A stretch of 64,000 nt of DNA from Minisyncoccota bacterium (GTDB lineage Bacteria > Patescibacteriota > Minisyncoccia > 2-02-FULL-40-12 > IGHO2-01-FULL-4-A), in the NCBI GenBank assembly GCA_036517175.1, contig DATDXQ010000028.1:2113-66112 (forward strand), in the 5' to 3' direction. A program made the position numbers and the translations under genes. The notes beneath the pieces were generated by a model. That model searched no databases and had not been told where the DNA came from. It worked only from the letters and a program-made list of their open reading frames with translations. Positions 39,182 to 49,696 of this stretch are shown in pieces (the stretch's first letter is position 1; each line of letters opens with the position of its first letter).

Positions 39182-41041
39182 TCAGTTATTACTTAGGACA
39201 AATATTTCCTGATTTGAGTCTTCATTCCTATTACTAGGATTTGATATTGATTGGAATACTATCTTATCGCCCCATCCATTCATTGATGGTAGCAATGTTC
39301 TAAGATTAACACTTACTTGTTGAATGACCTGTGTCTTAAAATTTATAATAAAAATATTTTCTAATGAGTGGTACATAAATAACGAACCGTCAAAAGATAG
39401 ATCTATCGCCTGCGAACCTATAAAATTATTCGTCTTAAAAACATTTAGATATTCACCGTCTCCATTGTAAATAAATACCGAACCAGAATCAGAACCTGAG
39501 GTAGTTACTACAGTTGACCCGTCATCACTAATTGCTTGTGAATATATTTCATAATTATTAGGTTTTATTTCCCTAAAATTTGTTCCGTCTTTGTTTATTA
39601 TTGCTAAACGCCTGGAAATAGAATCTGATGTTTTGGGAATACTCAACGCCCTTGAAAAAAGAAAGGTTATTTTATTTCCATCTCCACTTATTCCTGGAAC
39701 AAATGATCCGTCACCAGAATTATTACAACAAAACTCAATAAGCATCTTCTGGTTGGCTCCGTCTGGATTAACAGTATAGATTCTTTTACTACCATAATAT
39801 TCTGGGAAAGAAGTATAAACTATCGTAGAGCCGTCGCTAGACATAGCCACACCAGCAACTATTCCGAAGGTTGGTATTTGCCTTAAGTTGGTGCCATCTG
39901 TGTTGGAAATAAAAATTCCAGGCAAGTCAGAAAAGGATCTCTTGGCTATGAAAGCCACTTTCTTACCATAAGCATCTAGCTCTGGTGGTTGACCAACAAA
40001 ATCAAATATGAGTTCCTCACCTATCCGGGTCAGTCCAGTTCCGTTAGATTTAATTACAAACAAAGCCCTCGCCATGGACTGATTGAGGCCTTGCAAGTTA
40101 GCATCTGAAACAAAGGCGACCCTACTACCATCCCTACTTATTGTAGGTGAAAAATTTTGAGAAGGCAGCTTGGTATCTGTTAATTGTAATATTTGGGGCT
40201 GTGGGTAACCAGTAATTTCAGCTATTATCTGGTCAAGAATTTTTGGTCCGCTTACAGGACCGGCTAGATATGAGTTAACAAACGAGTGGCACTCGACTGG
40301 CTTACCACAATCAAAATATGGAACATTGCTAACATTGGCAGGCATCGCCCTGATGTTTACGGGAAAAGAATTTATAACACCGTCCTCAATAATTGTAGTA
40401 TGGGTATATGGAGAATTTGAGCCCGAAACATAACTCGAAGGTGACCCAACAGAAACGATGGAAAAGGTATTATCGTTTTCAGCACTTGGGGTTCCATATA
40501 TATAACTGTAAGCTGCATTGGCATAGAAATTTCCCTGAGAATGAGCGACCACTATGCTTTTATTGCCGGCTCTTTTTTCTTTAACATAATGTAGTACGTG
40601 CTCTCTTAGATCGTTATCTACAATGTAAGAAAATTCATCATTTAATTTCGCCTGTTCAGATGCAAAATCCTGTAGAGCATCTGGGATTATCTGCAAGCTG
40701 GACAGCCATCGCCATAAAATTGACATGTCTTCACCAACAAGTTGGGCCATGGCTTCAAGTAAATCTAGTTTTACCTTTTCTTTTGAATTATATGCCAGGG
40801 CGAATTTTAGACATTCAAATTTTACAGGACTATGAATCTCCTCCAACCGAGACCTCAGCCTTGTCTCTAAACCATTGGGGCTTATTTCTCCCAATTCCTG
40901 TTCGCGAGCGTCCTCTCTGCTTACAAACATACCATTACCAAAGAAAATTGTTGTTACCTTGTCAGGACACTGGCAAAACAATGCTCCGCTGAAAATAAAA
41001 GAGGCCAAGAAAATGCCTCTGATTCTTGATGTCTTCGTCAT
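39182..41041 (-). CDS. Secreted protein with an N-terminal lipase/esterase-like domain and C-terminal PD40 (TolB-like) beta-propeller repeats.
   Basis: Signal peptide. VVAHSQGNFYAN (GxSxG-like). Repeated DGS(R/T)(V/I)xF(V/T)S PD40 motifs. Confidence 0.5.
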   Translation of the reverse strand: MTKTSRIRGIFLASFIFSGALFCQCPDKVTTIFFGNGMFVSREDAREQELGEISPNGLETRLRSRLEEIHSPVKFECLKFALAYNSKEKVKLDLLEAMAQLVGEDMSILWRWLSSLQIIPDALQDFASEQAKLNDEFSYIVDNDLREHVLHYVKEKRAGNKSIVVAHSQGNFYANAAYSYIYGTPSAENDNTFSIVSVGSPSSYVSGSNSPYTHTTIIEDGVINSFPVNIRAMPANVSNVPYFDCGKPVECHSFVNSYLAGPVSGPKILDQIIAEITGYPQPQILQLTDTKLPSQNFSPTISRDGSRVAFVSDANLQGLNQSMARALFVIKSNGTGLTRIGEELIFDFVGQPPELDAYGKKVAFIAKRSFSDLPGIFISNTDGTNLRQIPTFGIVAGVAMSSDGSTIVYTSFPEYYGSKRIYTVNPDGANQKMLIEFCCNNSGDGSFVPGISGDGNKITFLFSRALSIPKTSDSISRRLAIINKDGTNFREIKPNNYEIYSQAISDDGSTVVTTSGSDSGSVFIYNGDGEYLNVFKTNNFIGSQAIDLSFDGSLFMYHSLENIFIINFKTQVIQQVSVNLRTLLPSMNGWGDKIVFQSISNPSNRNEDSNQEIFVLSNN

Positions 41042-41050
41042 GCAGACCTC

Positions 41051-41914
41051 TTAGTTCCCGACCAAATCTGGATCGAAAGCACACTGTTCTTTCTTTTTTA
41101 AAAACGGCACACCCTCAAAAACAACACCACTTAATTTTGAATCTGCCCTAATATAAGCAAGGCTTCTTTCCAAAGTGTTAAGTATCACTGATCTTACTTC
41201 GGGAATTATTTTGTAAGCATCTTGAGGCCTAATATAAAAAAGGCAATCTGAAGCCATGTCTTGATTAATGGCATTAGCAACAACTGTATTCTTATCTGTA
41301 GTCTGCACAATAAAATCCTGAGTTACTTTTGCATACCTATATAAGGCAGCTCTTGTTTTTGCAGAATCCTCAAAAAGAAAAGCTATATAACGCTGGACAT
41401 CATCCCGAACTCCATCTTCATCAGAATCTATACCCCCCAAAGTTTGTTTACCTAAAACGCCTGGATCTGGAGGTAAGCCTATACGGATCCTCAATCGTAG
41501 TCTTTGTTCAACAAAAACAGGACCATCCAACAAATAAACCTCACCGGAAAGAACACCCATCCGTGAACTCTCTGGAACATGAAATGTAATAACAAGAGAG
41601 TCCACAGAACTAACATAGACTCTGTCTAAATAACTTTTGTTTAGTGAAATAACTCCCATCAGAGATCCCGTAACATATACATTTGCACGACCTAGATTTG
41701 ATCTCCCAAATACCTGCACACTCTTAACAACGGTATCGCCAGGAAACAATGTTACATCAAGTACTGGCTTAGACCAGTAAATTTGATCATCCCCATGACT
41801 CCGTGAATATGAATTGAGAACACTTTGTTCCTTGGCATCATTTTGAGCATTGGACTGAAGTCCAAAAAATAGTCCAATAACAAAAAAGGCAATCAAAACT
41901 CTAGATACGATCAT
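41051..41914 (-). CDS. Secreted hypothetical protein.
   Basis: Signal peptide MIVSRVLIAFFVIGLFFGLQSNAQN. No recognisable domain. Confidence 0.4.
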   Translation of the reverse strand: MIVSRVLIAFFVIGLFFGLQSNAQNDAKEQSVLNSYSRSHGDDQIYWSKPVLDVTLFPGDTVVKSVQVFGRSNLGRANVYVTGSLMGVISLNKSYLDRVYVSSVDSLVITFHVPESSRMGVLSGEVYLLDGPVFVEQRLRLRIRIGLPPDPGVLGKQTLGGIDSDEDGVRDDVQRYIAFLFEDSAKTRAALYRYAKVTQDFIVQTTDKNTVVANAINQDMASDCLFYIRPQDAYKIIPEVRSVILNTLERSLAYIRADSKLSGVVFEGVPFLKKKEQCAFDPDLVGN

Positions 41915-41988
41915 TACAACTCCTTTTTGTTTTCAAAAAACATAAAAAAACACTATCAGCTAGTGACATTACGCGTCAAGTAAAAAAA

Positions 41989-42612
41989 TTAATTGCCATG
42001 AGGTTCAGGCCTATTTGCTAAGGAATAAAATACAATTTTGCCGTTAGCTGTTCTTTTGAGAAAACCGGCCTCTATCAGTTCGTGCAACTTGCGTTTAAGA
42101 GTTCGCTTAGATATTTCGGGAATCTTTTGAAAAATTTCTACATTTCTTACTTGTTCATGACCATTCATAAGCTGCATGATTCGATTATGACCCTGACCAA
42201 TTGAGATTTGAACAGAAGCAGCCACGGGTTGCTGAACGATTTTAACCACTTCTTTCTCTACCTTTTGCTGTTTCTGATTTTTTACAGACAGAAGAAATAA
42301 TTTTATTGAAAGCAGATCTCGCTCAAGCAAAAGGGGACAGGTCCGGTCTAAGTTTAAATTCAAATAATTACAAACTTTTACTAAAGTAATTATATTTTGA
42401 ACACGAGAAAATAATCTTGCATTATATTGTGCGACATGATTATTCTGGGCAGGAGCCGTATTCCTCAAGAAAAATAAATAATCCGAAAATAAATTTTCAA
42501 ATTCTTTATCTAAAATTTCTGAAAAAAATTTATCAGAAAGTCCGGCACTTAATTTGGCCAGCAATCTGAAACACCTAGAAAAGATTGTAATCACCTCTCG
42601 CCTGTCAATCAC
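41989..42612 (-). CDS. Hypothetical protein with a C-terminal winged-HTH-like segment.
   Basis: C-terminus ISKRTLKRKLHELIEAGFLKRTANGKIVFYSL. GTG start. Low confidence. Confidence 0.3.
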   Translation of the reverse strand: MIDRREVITIFSRCFRLLAKLSAGLSDKFFSEILDKEFENLFSDYLFFLRNTAPAQNNHVAQYNARLFSRVQNIITLVKVCNYLNLNLDRTCPLLLERDLLSIKLFLLSVKNQKQQKVEKEVVKIVQQPVAASVQISIGQGHNRIMQLMNGHEQVRNVEIFQKIPEISKRTLKRKLHELIEAGFLKRTANGKIVFYSLANRPEPHGN

Positions 42613-42641
42613 ATCTTCACTCTTACTACAATCATTTGTGC

Positions 42642-43661
42642 TTAGTCAACACCGAACAGCTGTCTTGCCCTTTCCCAAAACTCAGGATGGTTCTGATTTT
42701 CTTTCATCCAATACCACCACTCGGCACCCCAAAGATATTGAGAAGAGAAACCAGATTCTTCAGCAAAATTGATAATTTCATTGAATTTATCAATGCCCAT
42801 TCTGTCCAGTATAGTATCGATGTCAGCAGTTACTATTGGCTGAAGTAACCATGGCTCACTTGAAAGCTCAATTAAAATCTTGGTTTTTTTACCATAAAAT
42901 ATATCGACTAAACTTTGTTTTATTCTGAAAAATCCTGGAAATATGGGATATCTTATCGGACCAGTTTTCCACCAAACATAAAGATAGAGACTAGAGCCAA
43001 AAACATCACCCCGCTTGTAAGCCGGAAACCAGGAATCAAATTCTCCGGCCGCTGTAATTAATATGGGCCTTTCTGGATCAAGAGTTCTAATCAATTCAAT
43101 CTCTTTTTCCAAAAGCTCCTCATCTAAATCTCCACACATTGACCGACTAAAAAAAGCCAAGTAGGGCTCGTTCTCAACTTGCCAATACAATATGTTGTTA
43201 TAATCCTTGTATCTATTTACTACAGTTTCAATATATTTCAACAATTGTTCCCCCTTAAACTGTCGTTTCTTATCTTCCTCCGCGATCCCAGAAATTTTTT
43301 CTGCCAACCAGTCTGGTTCATGACATTCTGGCCAACCGGGAAGTCGACGGCCAACCGCAAGAATTACTGAAGCGCCCCGCTTACGCGCCTCATTCATTTG
43401 GAAATCGAGCTCTGAAAAATTAAAGCTGTTATCTTCTGGCTCTGTGTTTGGCCAGTGAGCACTAAATCTGAACTTGCGCACCTCAAGATCATCCAACAAT
43501 GCCACATAAACCTCGCGCCAATCCACTTCCAACTCGTCAGAGTGAAATTTACTAAAAGATACACCGTATTCTATTTTGTCAGGAATTTTACGAAGAGAAA
43601 GAACAAATAAAATTAAGACAACTATTACACAAACCAGAATAAAAATCTTTATTTTCTTCAT
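42642..43661 (-). CDS. Membrane-anchored glycoside hydrolase, clan GH-A TIM barrel (GH5-like).
   Basis: N-terminal TM helix. WQVENEP (acid/base) and ELSSEPW (nucleophile) spaced about 100 aa apart. Confidence 0.5.
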   Translation of the reverse strand: MKKIKIFILVCVIVVLILFVLSLRKIPDKIEYGVSFSKFHSDELEVDWREVYVALLDDLEVRKFRFSAHWPNTEPEDNSFNFSELDFQMNEARKRGASVILAVGRRLPGWPECHEPDWLAEKISGIAEEDKKRQFKGEQLLKYIETVVNRYKDYNNILYWQVENEPYLAFFSRSMCGDLDEELLEKEIELIRTLDPERPILITAAGEFDSWFPAYKRGDVFGSSLYLYVWWKTGPIRYPIFPGFFRIKQSLVDIFYGKKTKILIELSSEPWLLQPIVTADIDTILDRMGIDKFNEIINFAEESGFSSQYLWGAEWWYWMKENQNHPEFWERARQLFGVD

Positions 43662-44539
43662 ATAAACAAGAGAAAAAAACCTATAACAATAAGGGCAGTT
43701 GAGACAAATTTATGAAGAAAAATATTTTTTTCCGTAACTTTTTCAGAAAAATAGCGTGGTAATTTTTTTGTAAAAATAAAAGCAAAAATTAAAACAAAAA
43801 TAAATTGCATGCCTGCCATGGCATTAACCAACGATACCTCTCCCAGTTTGATAGCAACCAAAATAAGCCAGAAAGCCGTCCCTGCTAGAGCCTTGTTGGC
43901 AACCACAAGAAATTTGGTATTAAAACTAGATTCTTTAATCGTTACTAGAAACGCCTTGAAATTAGATGGCCAGGCCAATAGAGCAAGCGCGCCAACAACA
44001 TTAGCCATTCTTGACCAGAAAAAGCCAGTCAAAAAATCTGTTCCCAAAAACATTTTTTTAACATAAACAGAAGACAATCCAAACAAAACTCCAGCAATAA
44101 CAACATACAGGACCGAACGGCTACTGAACCTAAAGTGCGACATAATCAGAGTTCCAACAACAAGAAAAACAAAACTCACAAAAAATCTAGAAGGAAGAGC
44201 ATCTCCCAAAATTACAAGGCTGAATCCAAAGGTAGCAACTGCCGAAACGGCACCCATTACCGGTGCGACATCCGAGGCATCTGATATCTTTAATGACTTA
44301 TACAAAAAGAATATTGAAAAAATATAAGTAAAGGCTATTACAAAAGAAAGTCCAACAATATTAACAGTAGGGTAAGTCACTAAGGGGAAAACCACGATAA
44401 CAACGCCAGACAAAAGACCAACAAAAATAGTATAGACCGTGGGGTTAGAAATCGCACGAGAGGAAACCAAAAACTTATCAAGAAGTATAACTGCACCACT
44501 TAAAATTTGAGCAATAAAAGCAAGATATATCCAGATCAT
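43658..44539 (-). CDS. EamA/DMT-family transporter.
   Basis: 293 aa, 10 TM helices, duplicated EamA-like halves. Confidence 0.65.
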   Translation of the reverse strand: MIWIYLAFIAQILSGAVILLDKFLVSSRAISNPTVYTIFVGLLSGVVIVVFPLVTYPTVNIVGLSFVIAFTYIFSIFFLYKSLKISDASDVAPVMGAVSAVATFGFSLVILGDALPSRFFVSFVFLVVGTLIMSHFRFSSRSVLYVVIAGVLFGLSSVYVKKMFLGTDFLTGFFWSRMANVVGALALLAWPSNFKAFLVTIKESSFNTKFLVVANKALAGTAFWLILVAIKLGEVSLVNAMAGMQFIFVLIFAFIFTKKLPRYFSEKVTEKNIFLHKFVSTALIVIGFFLLFI

Positions 44540-44551
44540 ATTTATTGATAA

Positions 44552-45718
44552 TTAATCACTAGGAATTAGGGAATTGGAAATGCAAATATTTTTGTACACA
44601 TGGGCCGACTGACGCACAGTACGCCTCATGTTGTTGTAGTCTACCTCAATTAAACCAAATCTATACTTAAAACCTTCAGCCAATTCAAGATTATCTAACA
44701 GAGACCAGTAAAAATAACCACGAATATCTACCCCTTCCTGAATCGCGCACCAAACCCAGTACAAGTGATCCTCTATAAATTTAGCCCTCCTCGTATCTGA
44801 AGAATCAGCAATCCCATTTTCTGTAATATAAATCGGCCTCTTGTAACGTTTAATCTGGTTTAGAACTTTATGGATACCTTGTGGGTATATATCCCAATCC
44901 ATGTCAGATTTTTGAAAATTAATTTTTGAACCATATTGAATAGGTCTGTAATAATTAACACCTATAAAATCCTGAGCTATTTTACTCAAAAACCTGCGGT
45001 TCCTGTACCAATTTAAAATCATTGACAAAACAATATTAAACGGGTTCTTATTATAAATATATAAAACTTGGTCTGCAGCTATACCAATATTTATGTTAGG
45101 TTTTACTTTCTTAATTTTTTTATATGCAACATTGTGCGACTCGATTAAGTTATCCACAACTCTCAGAACCTTAATAAAGCTTCTTTTAAATGGTGGCCAT
45201 ATACCGTGGGCATAGCTTTGGCCAACATAAACCATGGGTTCGTTAATAGTGATTAAAAAATTAGTTAAATCCCCCAACCTATCGGCCACATACTCGCAAT
45301 AACGACTAAAATAAAAAGGGGCTTTCTTATTTTCAAAACCCCCAATATTTGAAAACCATAGTGGCAACGCAAAATGCCAAATGGTTACAAAGGGCTCTAG
45401 GCCTCGATTTTTTAAGGCCAATAATACTTGCCGATAATGCTCGACTTCAGCATTATTGAATTTCCCCTCCTCTGGCTCTATTCTTGACCACTCAATTGAT
45501 AGCCTATGAGTATTCTGGCCTAATGATTTAGCAAAATCAAAATCCTCCTCGTAGAGGTTATAACTGTCGCAGGCTTTTCCAGCCGCCGGTATTTTGCCTT
45601 TTCTTGCAGCCTCAGCCCAATCATTGTTTTCTATTCCTCCCTCAACCTGGTAACTGGAGGTTGCACTCCCCCACAAAAACCCTTGAGGAAATATTTTTTT
45701 ATCAACCTCTTGGATCAC
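44552..45718 (-). CDS. Glycoside hydrolase family 1 (beta-glucosidase/galactosidase).
   Basis: FLWGSATSSYQVEGG N-terminal signature. ITENG nucleophile motif. TINEP acid/base. Confidence 0.8.
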   Translation of the reverse strand: MIQEVDKKIFPQGFLWGSATSSYQVEGGIENNDWAEAARKGKIPAAGKACDSYNLYEEDFDFAKSLGQNTHRLSIEWSRIEPEEGKFNNAEVEHYRQVLLALKNRGLEPFVTIWHFALPLWFSNIGGFENKKAPFYFSRYCEYVADRLGDLTNFLITINEPMVYVGQSYAHGIWPPFKRSFIKVLRVVDNLIESHNVAYKKIKKVKPNINIGIAADQVLYIYNKNPFNIVLSMILNWYRNRRFLSKIAQDFIGVNYYRPIQYGSKINFQKSDMDWDIYPQGIHKVLNQIKRYKRPIYITENGIADSSDTRRAKFIEDHLYWVWCAIQEGVDIRGYFYWSLLDNLELAEGFKYRFGLIEVDYNNMRRTVRQSAHVYKNICISNSLIPSD

Positions 45719-45820
45719 ATATAAATTATAATTTAATCAATTCAAACAGACCATACTTCTATTTATTTTATAAAAGTGCTACTTTGCTGTATATAAAGTA
45801 GAACTTTAAAAAGAGGTCCC

Positions 45821-46699
45821 TTGAAAATCCATAGGATAATTTTACTGGCAGGCATTTTAAACATATCTATCATTTCTTCTTTTGGCCAAATATCAAGCAG
45901 CACAGAAAAGGCCGGGCAAGAGATGAAAGTCTCAGGCGATATTTTTTTGGATATGAATATTTTAAGCAAGAAACCCGTATTTATAAGGGGGCAATTACCT
46001 TATCAGAGCTGGTCAGCAGGACTAAACCTTCAACTAGAAAAAGGTGAACGAATAAAGATTAACTTGCTCACCGCAATAGGAGGTGGCACACCTTTTGATA
46101 ATCCTGAGTTGTACGGGTATATTCTGACGACCCAATTCAATCTCAATAAAAAACTAGGAGTTGTTTGGGGAGCTGAAGCAAGCTACAACATAAACCAAAT
46201 CCCAGTTCTTGATTATGCTGGCAGAATCCCACACACCGGTCTGAGTAACATGTACGCAGGACCTAAATTTATGCACACTTGGAACAAAAAAGGCTACATA
46301 AAAACAGAAACCTATGCTTACAAAACAATCAGAGGGAATACACCAGTTAACAACAATGGCTTTACTGCTCCGTATATTGGATGGCGTGTTGGCAACACCC
46401 TAATCTTGGGACGTACCCAAAACAAGAGGTCATTTGTTATGTATACCGACACTTACCTTGAAGGAAATAACGATAAATTTATCGGCCACTTTGAAGCTGT
46501 TGGTATTTCTTTAAAAATAGACTTCCTTGTCAGTAGACACTTCTCAATTCAGCAAGGCGCTTCAATAAGAAGAAACATCAGGGGTAGTCCTTATTCTGGT
46601 ACACAGTCTAAATCCTTTAATCCCTCGATAGGTATTTCTGCCGCACCGATAAACAATGACGTATTCATGGTTTGGATAGGCCCACGTTTTGTATTTTAA
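45821..46699 (+). CDS. Secreted beta-rich protein, possibly an outer-membrane beta-barrel.
   Basis: Signal peptide. C-terminal ...WIGPRFVF with terminal Phe. TTG start with AAGAGG upstream. Confidence 0.35.
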   Translation: MKIHRIILLAGILNISIISSFGQISSSTEKAGQEMKVSGDIFLDMNILSKKPVFIRGQLPYQSWSAGLNLQLEKGERIKINLLTAIGGGTPFDNPELYGYILTTQFNLNKKLGVVWGAEASYNINQIPVLDYAGRIPHTGLSNMYAGPKFMHTWNKKGYIKTETYAYKTIRGNTPVNNNGFTAPYIGWRVGNTLILGRTQNKRSFVMYTDTYLEGNNDKFIGHFEAVGISLKIDFLVSRHFSIQQGASIRRNIRGSPYSGTQSKSFNPSIGISAAPINNDVFMVWIGPRFVF

Positions 46700-46728
46700 A
46701 ACCCCGCTATGCGGGGTTTATTTTTTAA
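46697..46728. terminator. Bidirectional rho-independent terminator.
   Basis: aaccccgc-tat-gcggggtt hairpin plus a T-run. Confidence 0.6.
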
Positions 46729-46736
46729 ATACAATT

Positions 46737-47159
46737 TTATTTTCCAGAAGAACCAAAACCTTGAGTACCTCTATCAGATTCGTTCAGCGTATCAACCTCC
46801 AGAAAATCAGCAACTTCAACTTTTTGAATCAACATTTGAGCAACTCTATCGCCCGCACTTACCACGTGTTCAGCAGTAGACAAATTGGTAAGTCCCACCA
46901 TCACTTCACCTCGATAATTGGAGTCGATAACACCACCCATTGTTTTTAAACTACTTTTGATGGCCAGCCCGCTCCTGTCCCATATGAGACCAACATATCC
47001 TGGCGGTATAGCCACAGCCAAACCAGTGCTGATTGCAGTTGTACTTCCTGGTTTTATAACACAGGAACTTACTGCATAAAGATCAAATCCAGCATCACCA
47101 AAACGCATCATTTTAGGAACCATTGCGTTAGGAACAAGTTTTTTAATAGGAATTACCAT
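46737..47159 (-). CDS. dut: dUTP diphosphatase.
   Basis: GFDLYA, IWDRSGLAIK and C-terminal RGTQGFGSSG dUTPase motifs. GGAG SD. Confidence 0.85.
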   Translation of the reverse strand: MVIPIKKLVPNAMVPKMMRFGDAGFDLYAVSSCVIKPGSTTAISTGLAVAIPPGYVGLIWDRSGLAIKSSLKTMGGVIDSNYRGEVMVGLTNLSTAEHVVSAGDRVAQMLIQKVEVADFLEVDTLNESDRGTQGFGSSGK

Positions 47160-47302
47160 TTACTTTTCTCCTCTAATCTTCAGTAAGCCGAATTAACAAT
47201 ATTATCTAGCAGCAATCACAAATTTTCAAGATTGACATATTAACTAAAAAACTTCAAAGTTAATCTCATTACAATAGGTCGCCCGTGGGGGGATCTTTAA
47301 AA

Positions 47303-48421
47303 ATGAGGTATGAATTTATCAAAGCAGATATTGCAATAATAGGAGCCGGGGCTGTCGGCTGTGCTCTGGCTCGCAGAGCAAGCATGTCGTATCCAAATAA
47401 AAAAATAGTAGTTATAGAAAAAAGACACGCACCAGGTCAGGAAACAAGCCGACTAAACAGTAATGTCATACACTCTGGCCTGCATCAAAAACCAGATTCT
47501 CTAAAAGCACTTTTAGCTCGCCGCGGCAACAAACTTATCGTTGATTATGCCTTAGCCAGGAGGATAAACACACGCCAAACAGGAATGATCATAGCAATTC
47601 CGAGCCATGATTTACTATCTAATCCCATAAGCAAGCTGGCATCCCTTACTCACTTAATCAGACAGGGACATAAACAAAACATTAAATTTGAATTCCTTTC
47701 AAAATCTGGAATTAAAAGATATGAGCCCCAAATATCAGCCTTGGCCGGAATCTTTATCCCAAATGTATGGATTATTGATATCTACCAATTCATGAGATCT
47801 CTTTACCTTGACGCCAACTCAAATGGTGTTAACTTCCTTTTTCACAAGGAAGTTACTGGGATAGAAAAAACTTCTAATGGTTATCAAATCTCGGCTAATA
47901 AACTAAGAGTAAGCTCAGAAATAGTGATTAACGCGGCCGGCCTTTATGCTGACAAAATAGCGGCAATGGCGGGGTTCGAATATCAAACGGAATTCTGGCG
48001 TGGAGAATATTACGAAGTTTCACTGGAAAAAAGTAATTTAATACATCGCTTAGTCTATCCTGTTACATCAACCCAATCACCGTCCAAGGGTATACATTTC
48101 AGCCCACGCATAAACGGTCGACTATTTATAGGACCAAATGCAAAGCTAGTACCGACTAGAGATTACTACAACATGGACAAAACAGGAGCCGACTACTTCC
48201 TAGAAACAGCCTCTAGATTCTGTTCCAGAATAAGATCATCCGATCTACGCTGGGGATATTCTGGCATAAGACCAAAACTTAAAAATTGGCAAAAGGATTC
48301 AGATTTTGTCATCAACAAAGATAATGACAGACCAGTTTTTATAAATCTTGTAGGAATAGATTCCCCCGGCCTAACAGCCAGCATGGCAATAGCAGAAAAA
48401 GTTATGACTATGATTAGTTAA
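47303..48421 (+). CDS. FAD-dependent oxidoreductase (L-2-hydroxyglutarate oxidase LhgO-like).
   Basis: DIAIIGAGAVGCALA plus ETSRLNSNVIHSGLH motif. ATG at 47303. Confidence 0.65.
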   Translation: MRYEFIKADIAIIGAGAVGCALARRASMSYPNKKIVVIEKRHAPGQETSRLNSNVIHSGLHQKPDSLKALLARRGNKLIVDYALARRINTRQTGMIIAIPSHDLLSNPISKLASLTHLIRQGHKQNIKFEFLSKSGIKRYEPQISALAGIFIPNVWIIDIYQFMRSLYLDANSNGVNFLFHKEVTGIEKTSNGYQISANKLRVSSEIVINAAGLYADKIAAMAGFEYQTEFWRGEYYEVSLEKSNLIHRLVYPVTSTQSPSKGIHFSPRINGRLFIGPNAKLVPTRDYYNMDKTGADYFLETASRFCSRIRSSDLRWGYSGIRPKLKNWQKDSDFVINKDNDRPVFINLVGIDSPGLTASMAIAEKVMTMIS

Positions 48422-48450
48422 AAACCGAGCAAAGCTCGGTTTTGTTTTTA
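48421..48450 (+). terminator. Rho-independent terminator.
   Basis: ccgagc-aaa-gctcgg hairpin then TTTTGTTTTT. Confidence 0.6.
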
Positions 48451-48451
48451 A

Positions 48452-49615
48452 TTATCTCATTAATACTTCATCAAAATCTTTAATTAATTCATTCATGTTG
48501 CCGAGACTCACCGACAATCTAACTAATTGCGGTGGGATATTAACAACAGCAAGCTCTTCTAATGATAGCTTGCTATGCGTGGTAGACGCTGGATGAATTA
48601 TAAGATTTTCATTTTCGTCACCTAGGTGAGGCGCCATTCTGGCGCTACGAACTGATTCAACCAAATTACGTGCTGCATCAAAACTGGGCATCTCAAACGA
48701 TAACATTCCTCCCCCACCAGTCATTTGTCTTCGAGCCAGATTGTATTTTGGATTGCTTGATAAGAATGGGTAATTAACCCTACAAACTCTGGCATGATTT
48801 TCTAGAAAAACTGCAACTTTGAGTGCATTTTCAGAAAACAAAGCCATATCTCTCTCCAGTGTTGTACGATTAAGAAGTGTTAAATAAGCTGAGAGAGGAT
48901 GCATTATGGCTCCAGTAGAAACATGATAATCATTTAGAACTTTTTCTGTTTTATCCAAAAATCTAGGCGAACCAATCAATGCTCCACCCAACCCAGTAGA
49001 CTGCCTATTCAAGGCCTTAGTAACCGAGTAAAGAACCGCATCAGCACCAAGTTCAAGTGGTTTCTGCAAAACAGGCGTTAATGTATTATCGACCACCAGA
49101 AATGAGTCATACTTGTGAGTTATTTCAGCAACAGCACTAATGTCAAAAATATCAACCGTCGGATTTGCAGGAGTCTCCATAAACACAAAAGCGGCTCCAG
49201 GCCTTATCGCTTGCTCCCAAGCATCAAGATCAAAAGGATTGTCAACAAAAACAATCTCACAAGCATGATCTTTCTGCCAAAGCTGCAACTGGTGAAAACT
49301 GCCACCATATATATAAGAGGAGGTCACAACCCGTCTCCCTCTTCCAAGAGATAGAGAGGTCAAACCCCAAAACAAAAGAGCAAGAGCAGACAAACCACTA
49401 CTTGTAGCCCAAACAGAACCCTCCCTAACTCTTTCTACTCCAGCAAGCCAATGCTCAAACGCAGTGACAGTCGGGTTGCCCATTCTACCGTAAGCATACC
49501 CGCAGGCAGGATCTTCAAAAATTTGTGCGCCTCGCTCTACGCTCTCGAAGCTAAAAGAAACCCCGAGGTGAAGCGGCGGAACAATTCCATTAAAATGATC
49601 TTTATCTTTCGACAC
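48452..49615 (-). CDS. PLP-dependent Cys/Met-metabolism enzyme (cystathionine gamma-synthase / O-acylhomoserine sulfhydrylase / Met gamma-lyase family).
   Basis: YSVTKALNRQSTGLGGAL (PLP-lysine region) and overall family pattern. GTG start with AAGGA upstream. Confidence 0.7.
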   Translation of the reverse strand: MSKDKDHFNGIVPPLHLGVSFSFESVERGAQIFEDPACGYAYGRMGNPTVTAFEHWLAGVERVREGSVWATSSGLSALALLFWGLTSLSLGRGRRVVTSSYIYGGSFHQLQLWQKDHACEIVFVDNPFDLDAWEQAIRPGAAFVFMETPANPTVDIFDISAVAEITHKYDSFLVVDNTLTPVLQKPLELGADAVLYSVTKALNRQSTGLGGALIGSPRFLDKTEKVLNDYHVSTGAIMHPLSAYLTLLNRTTLERDMALFSENALKVAVFLENHARVCRVNYPFLSSNPKYNLARRQMTGGGGMLSFEMPSFDAARNLVESVRSARMAPHLGDENENLIIHPASTTHSKLSLEELAVVNIPPQLVRLSVSLGNMNELIKDFDEVLMR

Positions 49616-49696
49616 ATGAATCCTTTTTTAAAGTCCTACGATTTAAAAATCATATAACAAAAATAAAAAAACCGCTAATAAAAATAGCGGTAAAAT

